DNA of 64,000 nucleotides from Octopus vulgaris (taxonomy: Eukaryota): positions 22,754,001 to 22,818,000 of the forward strand of contig OX597841.1 of assembly GCA_951406725.2 (NCBI GenBank), read 5' to 3'. Positions 52,644 to 64,000 of this stretch are shown here, one piece after another. A program made the translations under genes and the position numbers. Each line of letters starts with the position of its first letter. Position 1 is the stretch's first letter. The notes under the pieces are model-generated. The model saw nothing but the letters and a program-made list of their open reading frames with translations, had not been told where the DNA came from and did not search any database.

Positions 52644-53495
52644 ATCATCATCATCATTTCAATTCTGTTTTCCATGTTGACATAGTTGAACAATTTGACA
52701 GGAACTAACCAGTAGAAGATCTGCCCAAGCACCATATCTGTTTTGGCAGGGTTTCTAGGGTTGGATGCCCTTCCTAACCCCAACCACTTTACAGAGTGTA
52801 CTGGCTGCTTTTATACAGCATTGGCAGGGGTACATTCATGTCACACCAGTACGGGTATTTGTTACATGACACCAGAACCCACAAGATTAGGAATGAAGGG
52901 GACAAGACTGTATGCAGGGACAACAATGCTTTTACTTGGCACATCTTCTCAAGCACAGCAAACCGCCCGGAGTCTTGGTCCCTTGCCATCCCCTCTGTGA
53001 GTCCCAACATCTGTAGATCCTTTCTCACCCCTTTGTCCAACGTCTTCCTGGGTCTATCCCTTCCACATGCTCCTTCTATAATTAGACATCAGCACATCTT
53101 GGTGCAACGGTCTTCATCCATACACATTACATGCTCACACCAGCGCAGTCTTCTCTCTCTTGTACGCTAACCCTGGTGCCTCATACACCCATTCTTTCTC
53201 TCAAACCACCACTTAAACCCTGTCATATATGCACACTGACATTACCCATCCATCGAAGCATACTTGCTTCATTTCGTTGAAGCCTTTGCAGATCCTCAGT
53301 AGTCACAGTCCAGCTCTCACTGCCACGTAGCAGAGCTGTTTGTACGCAGGCATCATACAGTTTGCCTTTCACTCTGACGGAACGGCCCTTTGTTACAAAC
53401 AGTGGTGGTAACTCTCTCAACTCCACCCAGCCTATTCTTATTCTAGAAGCCATGCATTCAGAATCACTTCCCACTACTAGTAAATTGGTCACCTA
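52644..53495 (-). mobile_element. RTE LINE 3' fragment
   Basis: VKGKLYDACVQTALLRGSESWTVTTEDLQRLQRNEASMLRWM; (GAT)n tail. Confidence 0.85.
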
Positions 53496-53979
53496 ATCAA
53501 CAGAAGAACCAAGAATTTTGTCCCACAGCCTGTATACAAGACCTGTGTGGGGCAGCAAGGACTTAAATAACCATCACCTACATAAGGGTTCCAATTGTGG
53601 TTTCTCATTATACACATCTTCATCTAGTTTGTGCTCTCCTATCCATCCTCTTGTGGGCTTTCTTCAGTTGTTGGGGTCCCACCCTTATCTTCTGCAGGAT
53701 ATAACACACTGATGTAGCTGGAAAGCCATGGCAGCCAATTTCAATGGGGAACGAGGCCTTGTACCATCCCTTTACAAGGGCCCTCTGGACTAATCCTCAT
53801 ATTTTGTTGTCTTTAGCAGGTAATGCTATGAAATTAGTCAAGGCCTGGACCGATTCTGTCTGAAACTTGTCTCAGTAATCTAAGTAAATACACAGGATTA
53901 TGAAATGGGGAAAGAGGTTATTCTGCAATGTCTAACTCTGTAGAGGACTCCCCCATTGACTCATACGTATATACATAAG

Positions 53980-55010
53980 ACTGTAAGGTTTTATTTGAAG
54001 GTGGTTTAGCTGCTATTTCTAGTAGGTCTAGCTACTGAGTAGACTCCTCACTTGGTTGCATATCCATGCATGGCTTCCTAAATGAGAGTGTAGGGCATGA
54101 TTTGAGTAACATTTAGCTGATATTTCTAGAAGTTCCAGCAAGCATTTAGAGGTCTCAGCTGTTAGCTTATACTTTCATATATGCATACAAAAGAGAGTGT
54201 TGTGTGGGGTTTGAGGGAGATTTAGCAGCTATTTTCCAAAGTGCCAGCTACTATGTCTGACCTCTCCCTTAGTGGTACATACAAATACACATATAGACAC
54301 ACACACACACACACATGTATGGCCAGGTTCTTACCTCAATCATTGGCATGTACATACATATGCACAGACATAAAGCAATAGAATTTAATCTGAGAGAAGA
54401 GTATCTGCTATTTCTAGCAGATCTCGCTACCTTATAGATACATCTCTCATGGGTTTAGACATATAAGGTAGCTGGGGTGATCCGAGGGAGATGTCTCTGC
54501 TATTTCTGCCAGGACTAGTTACAATGCAGAGGTCCCACTTGTTGGCTCATACCCATATACAATGATCAGAGTGTATGGTGTGATTTGAGTGAGGGGTAGC
54601 TGTTATTTCTAACAAGTGTAGAAAGCATGTGGTGGGCCATCTTACTTAAGTATACAAATATATATACATTAGACGGTAGCGTTTGAGTTGAGAGATTTGG
54701 CTGTTGTTTCCAAAAGGTCTAGCAACCGTATACGGGACTCCATTATTGGCTCATATATACATACATAAGAGTTTACAACTTGAGGAACGTCTCGCTACTA
54801 TGTAGAGCATTCACTTGTTGGTTTATACATATGTATATATTAATTATACATAAGGAGTAGTGTTTGATTTGAGTGTGATTTACTTGCTGTTTTGTGCAGG
54901 TCAAGCTACAATCATGAATTCCATCCGGGTTGTTGTTTACTTCCAAGAATTGCATTTTATATCTAGGACAACGATAGAAGCTGGTTGTCTTAGAATTCTA
55001 TTGGCTCATA
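53980..55010. repeat. Degenerate ~100-110-bp tandem repeat
   Basis: gctgctatttctag-like core at ~54009, 54117, 54225, 54405, 54497, 54599, 54700. Confidence 0.7.
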
Positions 55011-55499
55011 TTACATTGCATTCCTTATTCAGATTAACAAGTATGCCTTTATATGGCACCTTGTTGACAATTGTGGTGGTGGTTGGGAGGGAAAACAGCC
55101 ATGTCAGCACCATGTGTGTGTGTGTGTGTGAAAGAGAAAAGGAGTGGCAGTGTCTAAACTTTCAGAATATATTCCATCTCCATGGAGAGTGATTTGAAGT
55201 TAAATTTTTTCCTGTTTTTCTTTTACATTTTCAATATTGTTTCTTTGAATTTATTTTAAAGCAATAAATATGTTTCTTTTGAAAGTTGTTCTTCATTTCA
55301 TCATTTTGAATAAGCAGCCAGAAATTTGATAACAGTTAAATTATAATCATTGTATGCACACCATACAAAACTGGTGCACGGGAATGCTGCATTTCTTGAC
55401 GTCATATTCTGAGACATGCATACATACAGGCATACATATGACTGGGATGCCAACTTCTAAGCCAAAAAGCAGGTAATAAACAAACAGACAGACAGACAG

Positions 55500-58385
55500 A
55501 TATGTTTCTTAATTAGCCACACAGGGCTGAACACAGAGGAGACAAAATACAATGCAGAGCTTTTCTTCTTGGGGAAGAAGTGGGGGGGAGATAAGGTTCC
55601 GATCAATAGTGATCGTGTATCACAGAAATGTCATAAATGTAAAAAGGAAAACAGATTAATTTTATCTGTGGAAAGAAAAGCTTACAGAAAAGACCACAGT
55701 AACCTCGGGCAATAATGTCATGCAAAAACAAAAACGCATTACAGTAAGTGGCTCTCTCTTTACTCCTTTGTTTTTCTGGTTCGTAGGATTATGCTCAACG
55801 TGGCTCCGTCATTCACACGTGCCATCCTTGCTACATTCACCCATCTTTGTTTGAAGTATTCACTAGACAAAATGTCCCTCTCTACGCTCAGCTTCCTCTT
55901 CAAGTGATACTTGAAGAGGTTGATGAGAGATTGACCAGAGAGGAAAGTGTTTGTCTCAGACCTTTCAGACGCCACCATATACATTCTTTTGCCATAGCCA
56001 CAAAAAATGAAAATGGCTCTTCCTTCCCGTTTGAAGGAAGGAGGCACGACAATAGACTCTGAGGCGGCTAGCTGGCAGAAACGTTAGCACACCGGGCAAA
56101 ATGCTTAGCAGTATTTCATCTGTCTTTATGTTCTGAGTTCAAATTCCACCAAGGTCGACTTTGCGATTCATCCTTTCGGGGTCAATAAATTAAGTACCTA
56201 TTGCGTACTGGGTCAATGTAATCAACTGGCTCCCTCCTCTAAAATTTCGAGACTTGTGCCTAGAATAGAAAAGTTTATTGACGATACACTTGGCTGATAA
56301 TCCGACTTGTCCCACACGCGACAGCAGTCGTTTGATATAGGCCCACAAGTCGGAAATTGGTGGACACTGTACGAGTGCATGGAGAAAGGTTTCGTCACTC
56401 TGTCCGCATCTCGACTCCGTGTTTCTTGAGCCATGCCTGTAGAGCCTATCTCGAATGGGTAGTGCTTCTCGATAGCACTGCCTGCGAGGCATCTCTGGAA
56501 GTTGAACATAGGTCCCAGCCTGAAAGTCATCTTGAACAGGCAGGTCAGGTATTCCTCGTCTACGCCCAGGTTTGCCCCAGGATCATCGTCATACCTCCTC
56601 TCCATTAATCCCCAACAGAATGCTTTGGTTGTAATGCAGTTGCTCAAGGTCAACCCGGGACAGCATCCTTGCTCAAGAGCAACGCGACACTCGCTGTGCC
56701 ATTTGCCCTTCCTTGGACTCTTTTTGATCCATGACTGCAGTTCGGTCATGGAGACAAGCTGCAAGAAAATGCGCCTCACAAACGGCGACCACACCTGTTC
56801 ACTGTCGTCTACATAGAGCCAGAGATGATGCAGTCTCAGCGCGTGTCTGCACATCATCAACCACATTGTGCCCATCCCACCTTTTAGCAGGTGTTGGCAG
56901 CAAACAGATCACCTGTCATCAAAAGGAACACTTCCTTTCCACAGGAAGCGGAAGAGGATGCATTCCAGTTTGGTGATGGTAGGGTTGGGACAAGCATGAC
57001 GGTCAGGTCGTATTAGATGAGGGACGTGGTGTTTGACTTCACCATCTCTGCTTGACCTATTGGGGACAGCTTCCTCTCAGCCCATTGCCGGGCAAGAGTG
57101 GCCACCCTACTCATTATCTCATCCTAGTTCTTCTTCTTTTGGAGGTCCTGAGTAACTCGACTGGCCTGTCGGTCCAGCCTCCCACGACGGAGGCACTGTT
57201 TTGGACAGCATGGGCTTGCTTCCCCAGGTGACAAGCTGCAAGCCAATTGACTTTTCCTGGCTGATTTTCACTCCTATCACCGCTTCCTAGTCTTTCAGTG
57301 TATCACCGACAAGCTCAATGTAGTTGTGGATAGGCATTATAATGGTGACTTTGTCCATGTATGCGGTCACGCTCGTCCCACATCCCAATTCTCATGGGAT
57401 GCCCCTCAACAGCGCTAGCTTCCACAGTAGTGGTTCAAGGGTCAACATGTACAGAAGTGACAAGAGGGTGCATCCCTGGTGGACTGAATGTGCAATGTTG
57501 ATTGGTCTTGATAGATGCCCATTCACGCGAATTACCGATCAGATGCCTTTGTATAGGGCAGCGATCCAGCCACGGAAAATGGGACCAAACCCAGCAGTTA
57601 TGAGGATAGCTTTCAAGTATTAATGGTCTACCCTATCGAAAGCTTTAGATTGATCCAAATTGATCAGTGCCCCACACATGCCAGATTCCTTAACCACCCT
57701 CTCTATGATGTAGCGCATGAGGTGGAGGGTGGCATGGATGCTCTGACCCAGCACAGCGCATGTTTGCGCCTTGAGAACCAGTTTTGCAATGACAAGCACC
57801 AACCTCTTGGCTAGCACCTTGGCCAAGATTTTAAAGTCTGCATTGAGCAGAGTGATGGGCCTAAAGTTATCTACTATACCCCCGTTGTTGGGATCTTTCT
57901 TTAGCAACATTACAACTCCTTGGCTCACAAAACTGGGTTATGCTCCCATTTTGATGCCAGTTGCAGAACACTGTTGCCAAAACACCTCCAAACAAGTCTG
58001 GCATACAATTGTACAGCTCATAGTGCAGATGATCCAAACCTGGCGATTTGTCCCTCACCCAATCTGCCTTCGTGTCCTGCACATCCACTACTGTCATGAC
58101 ACCTTCGCAACACTCTGCCTTTCTTGCCAAGAGTCGTGGTAGGCTATGCAGAGAGGCACTAAAGTCCACCCTGCATTCTCACTCACCACTCTCCTGAAAA
58201 GTCAGGTAAAGTGCTGCTGAAAGGCCTCACACATTTTACTAGGTTCCAGTAATTCGCGGCCCTCTTCAACCATCTGAGACCAAATGGGGGATTTGTTGCG
58301 CTGTTGCGCCTCCACCAGCTGGGCCTCTAACACAGCTCCAGTACATTTGTTTCTTAGAGCATGCACCCTAGCCTGATAACGCACC
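55500..58385 (-). mobile_element. Decayed L1/Tx1 LINE (duplicate copy)
   Basis: NFRPITLLNADFKILAKVLAKRL..LDQSKAFDRVDH. Confidence 0.85.
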
Positions 58386-60639
58386 CTTCATGCTTGACAG
58401 ATAGATAGATAGGATGGAGGGACAGATGGACGGATGGACAGAGTGATAGATAGATTTGTGACCCTGGGAGATCTGGTTGCTATTTCTGACTGTAGGTCTA
58501 GAAATATATCAATCATTTATACATCAGATCTCCTTCTTTTTGCTTCACTCTATAATTTCTCTCTGTTTCTCTCTCTCTCTACCATCCCACGGAATCACAC
58601 CAAGATCTTGCTGCTCTTTCTAGCATATCAGATGTCACAGTTTAATTGATCTGTGGCAGTTCATTAGTTTTTCGTGACAGACTGACACAAGGCTTGCAAA
58701 CAGAAGTTAATTTCAGAAGTTTAGCAAATCGGAGGAACCTTTGGCTGCTATTTCAGGCAGCTCTACCTACCATTTATTGCCTCATACACACACAAGACAC
58801 TAGCCTATAATGCAGGTCTTTGCTTCGGTCAGAACAGAGTTTGATGTATGGTTTTAGGGGATTTGACTGCTATTTCTAGAATATGTATTCATACAACTAT
58901 ATACAATATATTTTGTTGTTGTTGTTATAGTATGTGTGTATGTGTGTGTATAAGTCACTGATGAAGCAGAATCGTTCATGTGTCGGAGGAAATGTTTTAA
59001 CACTATTTCATCCTTCATCATGTTGTGTGTTCAATTCCTGCAGAGGGTGAGTTTGCCTTTCATCGTTCTGGGGTTCATGAAATTAAGTACTAGTCAAGTA
59101 CTATGGTCAATGTAATCAGTTAGCTGTTCCACTAGAATTTAGGGCATTTGGCTGCTATTTCTAATGCTCTAGCTATGAAGTACAATTCGACTTTCATGTT
59201 ACACACCCAATTTTAATACCACTTCAAATGTTGAAATATCTTCTTTCTACTGGACTTCATTTCTATTATTAGATTTGTAAGTAGTGAAATGGCACCAGCC
59301 TTTCTCTTGGCTCACTCACCCTCACAGAAACCCTGCAAAACGACAGGAATGTCACGTACACAATATATTAGATAAAATACCATTAACTCTCTCTCTCTCT
59401 CTCTCTCTTTCAGCAGATTAAACTTAAGATGTTCACCAAAGACTATTCTTATAAGCAGAACAGGACACACACACACACATGCAAAGCAAGGGTGTGTGTG
59501 TACAAGTTTGCATGGTCTACAAGAAATAGCAACCAATTTTCCCCTAATCACACTTATCATATAGCTTATTAGATAGTGTAGTTCAAAATATATATGTGCC
59601 AACGTGATGGTCATGGTTGAGATGCATGTTATCATGTCTGCTCGATCAATGCTGACCTGCTTCCAGCTGTGGCTGTATAGTAAGAAATTTGCTTCCCATT
59701 TAATATATGAAAATATGCCACAAACCTATTTTACCCCAGTTGAATCGTCCAACCCATGCTAGCATGGAAAACAGACGTTAAACTTCGATGATGATGATGA
59801 TAATGTTTGCTTATGCATAAACACTGTAATATATATATATATACAGGGTGGAAAGGAGGTGTTTTTACTGCATTTTTGACTTTGGAGCAAAATATATTTC
59901 TTACACATGTTCACTACCTTACAAGAACTACATCAGCTGAGCAAATGGCCTTCCCAAATGGCATTGAAAATATTATCACATAATCTGATCATAATTTCAG
60001 AAAATTATCGCCATTCTCTTTCAGGATATAAAAGGCAAATTTGACTGGGGCAAAATGAGTAAGCTGAGATAAAGTGAATTTGCTGCTTTATTTCTCCAGA
60101 AAACAAACTCAGACACATTAATATCCATCGTTAGACATGAGAAAGAATTGAAATGCAAAACAAAAGAGAAATTTAAATAATATCTCGGTCAAATGAAAGA
60201 GGATCAAAAGGAAAATTGCACATGATATGAAATTAATGAACCTCAACGAAATAAGGAAAACCTCACCGAAAACATTCTCTATAGCTTCTTCAGAATTTTC
60301 TGGGATGTCCTCTTCCTGATATATTTAAACACGATACAATTAAAGAGAAGAAATTATTGAATTACTCATTTTACACCATTTTAGACATCAGTTTTTGAAA
60401 CTTCAAAATTATCAAATTAGACATTAATGTGGGAAGAGAATTGAGTTGGATTCCAACAGAGAAAAGAATATTAATTATTAAACCACAAAAATTATCCAGT
60501 TATTTCATTAACAGTCTTAATTACCAAAAGCTGAGTAGAAATGTATTGGGAAAAATGGTACCTGTCTCCTGACAATGTTTCAAACTCTCAACTTCACCAA
60601 CAACAACAACAACAACCATGCTGACCAATCTTCATTCCC

Positions 60640-60965
60640 GAAGAGGATGCAACAGCACAAAATAACGACGCCATACATGCAATGTAATGATTTCAGACAG
60701 GTAGGGAGAAAATAACGAGAAGCCAGATCCCCACCTCTTCAAAAGCATGGTTCTACATGCAATACTCCTTGCAGGTGCAATGTGGGTGATGCTGAGAACC
60801 TCCTTCAGAGATCTCATCTGAAACAAGCAGGTCAAGCAAAGAACTGGAGTGAAGGACACTATCGCAGAACACCGTCTGAACAAACAGAGATGAGCTGCAC
60901 ATGATGCACGGCGCACCAAGAAATGGTGGCTCTGTGCAGTTGTCGAATATTTCCTCCCTGGACAG
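60640..60965 (+). mobile_element. RTE remnant (duplicate copy)
   Basis: Paralog of 48690-49020. Confidence 0.55.
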
Positions 60966-61009
60966 ATGGATTATTCGGGTATTTGTTTCGGTCATTTGAA
61001 CAGGTAGGG

Positions 61010-62075
61010 AACTGTCCATGTGAAAAGCAGAATGTTCGAAGGTTCAATCCAACAACTTTCAGCAACTGACCTTGTGCTTTGTTAATTTTTCATAGCAAAT
61101 CTGGGTTTTAGAGGGAACTGATATTTCTGCTTAGGGTAGAGGGGTGGCAGTCTGTTGGGGTTAACGGAATGAAAACTGTATCATTTGGCTGTGATTCATG
61201 ATAATTTGGGCTTCTTGGAGACCTGGAGGATGTTGGGTGTTGGGAAATTCTGTTGGAAAGTGTGTAACCTGATTGAGGTCAGTCACGGTGTCAACCGATC
61301 TGTAACAACATTCTTGAGAAGGTAGCTGACTGAGTGAGTCGTAGTTAAGAGTGTTGACAGCTGCATTTGTAGGTGCAAGAACAGGCCTGACACGAAGCCA
61401 GTCTGGTTTTATGTATTCCGTTGTAAGATTTGGGTAAATGGCAGAACATAAGTCATCAGGGCTGGATTCAGTGTGGCCAATGATGGTAGTGTCAATGTAT
61501 CCAGTGCCGTCGAACGTAATTTGTCCATTGACGATTTTAAAGAGCATTTGCAAAACCTGGGCTGTAGGCTGACCAGTCTGTAGGAGTGATCTCATGTTGT
61601 TGGTGAGTTGTTTCGATTGGACATGCGACCAAAGGAGGGACTTTTTAAGGCAGGCATTAAGGTCATCAGTGGGTGTTCGTTTGGGTATAATAGGCAGAGT
61701 TTATGGAAAATCTCCTGCAAGAAGCAGAGTCACACCTCTAAGGATGTTGATTTTGATCTAAGATCCCTCATTGTGATATAAAGTGCATGTAGGGAACATT
61801 TATGGGTCATACTTGCTTTATCCCAAACAACGAGTTTGCACTTCTTCAAAACAGCCGCTTCGTTTGAGTAATGAATTGTGTGGCACATTGGGTTCTTTGA
61901 TGTGCCTCATTGAAAGGCAATTTCAAGGCAGAGTCTGCAGTGCGTCCACCGCCGAGAAGAGTCGAGGCTATTTCTGAGGAAGCACCAGCAATTGCAAGGT
62001 CACCATTATGCCACAACTTTGTAAGAAGAAAATTCAAGAGGAATGTTTTTCCCAATTCCACCGGGTGCGTGCTCG
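61010..62075 (-). mobile_element. Helitron PIF1 helicase remnant, extending to the Walker A motif
   Basis: APGG(x)GKTFLLNFLL..AIAGASSEIASTLLGGGRTADSALKLP. Confidence 0.85.
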
Positions 62076-63494
62076 GATGGTTCCACCAATGTGTGTGGAG
62101 ATGTTTCTGAGGACAAAATTGTATATGTGAGCTTGATCGGAATTCTGAAGGGACCTGTTTTCAGCAATATAATGTCTGAGTTTGTCGATGTTGTAGGATG
62201 TTTCTCTGAGAATGAAGTGATTGGGACAGGTGCCTTCAATTCTGTTTGGAATGTTGAGAGAATAAGCGTCCAGTCATTGACCTCCAATTGTTATAACTAA
62301 TTTTTATATATATATATAAAAAGTTTCTCAGTGTATTTGCTTTGTATGTCGTAATTAGTAATACTGTTAATTATAGCAGTTGCTTAATCACTAGACTGGA
62401 GGAAGATACTATACACACACACACACACTAAATATATTATATATATATGTGTATGTATTATATTTATATATATATATAAATACGCATCTATCTATGCACA
62501 CAGAAATAATTGTATATACATTTATATATGTGTGTGTGTGTGTGTGTGTGTTTGCAAGTATTTATCTCTTTTTCCCTGTAGTGGGAACCTAGCACACACA
62601 CACATCCATATATACGAGTATATATATAGACATAATATAGAGACACACATGTAGGACATGTCTAGGCTTTATCATTTGTCTACGTGATCAAATACATAAC
62701 AGCTTGTGTGCAAATTTCACACTACACACACACACACGAGGCGTTAACGCCCACTTCTTCCTGCTATTTATAAATAAGCCTCACCAGTAGAGATTATCAC
62801 ATTTTTGCCAGTTCTTTCAACTGAACTCACAGACAGAAAGACTTGAGGCTGAAATTCAAACGCAATTATTGACTCAAGTAAGTACTTTTATGATAATTAT
62901 CTTCATTAACAACTTCATTAACACATTTACAGTGTGAAATATTCCTTACAGCTATTTCAAACATAATTATGCTGTTATGTTGAAAATTGTTTTATTTTCA
63001 GGCAGTATTTTTCATACTAGAAACTGTTCAAACATTTCACAGAGTTACATTATAAGCAAAACATTTCATTTCCAGAATATAATATAAAGGATAGTTTGGT
63101 TATGACAAGGTCAAAACTATTTGATGGAAATTAAGGAAATGGAAATGTTCATCTAAGGATACAGCATTTTAAGTTGTTTCCAGTAGATTTCTAATTCTCA
63201 AGTGAAATTTAAAATTTGTAAATCAATTTTATGGATGTTAAATTGTTTTTAGTAAATTTAATGTTTTTCAAAGTTTAGTCAAGGGAGAAGGGCCTTGCCG
63301 ATGGCCCTTTATATTTCCAGGGTCTTCAAGAGTGGGAAATGGAAGAAAGACATTCTCAAAACAAGAGACCTAATATACATCAGAGAAATCCTCTGCTAAA
63401 AGGGCCAGGTGATGGTGTTGAAAAAGGTTATAGATTAAGTCTGAAACCCAGGGCAGCAACAAAAGGATTTGAACTCAGATCACAAAGAACCACA

Positions 63495-63717
63495 TAAACC
63501 CTTTCATTAGAAACCCAGCTGAAACTGGCTCTGAGTACAAATGTCTTATTTTCATAGGTTTTAAATTAAAATCTTCCACCAAAATTTAGTCACAATTTAT
63601 GTTCCTAACTCTAACTTCATAATAACGAATTTATTTTACTAACTTCTTTGTTTTATCCAAAGTAATTAAAAGAAACACAGATCATCTCAAAATAAATAAA
63701 GTAGCGAAAGTGTTAAA
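63495..63717. mobile_element. Possible degenerate piggyBac-like MITE
   Basis: taaaccctttcatta / tagcgaaagtgttaa imperfect TIRs with a TTAA-like flank. Confidence 0.4.
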
Positions 63718-64000
63718 TAATACAAGGAATCTTGTCAAATATATAATTCCATCAGACCACCACCTCAGATTAGCATTTTAATTATTGACCCTTGCATAAT
63801 AAAAATCAAAATTAATCTCAGCAGACAAAGAATTCGTATAAATACCACAAGGTATTAAGTCCATATGTTCTAACGACTCTACTAATTGATCTTTTTCTTT
63901 TTTCAATCAATGAAATTTTTTAAAACTGATTTTTTGATTTTAATATTAAACTTTGTATATAAATGGAATTTTTCTGGTGATTTCATTTCTATTTTATATC

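Larger units (their letters stand above)
54755..61965 (+). repeat. Segmental duplication copy B
   Basis: Collinear with 42685-50010. Confidence 0.92.

Overview
Eukaryotic, very repeat-rich DNA with no intact host gene. The SINE/LINE/microsatellite repertoire is what I recall from octopus (cephalopod) genomes; the taxon is inference. Bases 1-18.9 kb are a head-to-tail array of five near-identical copies of a ~5.64-kb unit. Each unit holds a CR1/L2-group APE-RT LINE (short CCCH-finger ORF1, ~985-aa ORF2, (AATC)n tail), bracketed by a ~200-bp direct repeat and separated from the next by a ~1-kb structured (TA/TG)n spacer. The LINE 3' end carries two small hairpins shared, with compensatory changes, by SINE tails elsewhere in the window. 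The array ends on a disrupted intronless beta-propeller (NHL-like) gene, which has an inverted paralog at ~36 kb. The rest is decayed TEs (CR1, RTE, L1/Tx1, Penelope-like with tRNA-like and hammerhead-like pieces, mariner, Helitron PIF1, MITEs, SINEs), long microsatellites, two foldback palindromes and a ~7.3-kb direct segmental duplication (42.7-50.0 kb vs 54.8-62.0 kb). Coordinates of decayed elements are approximate, and some indels may be long-read consensus errors.
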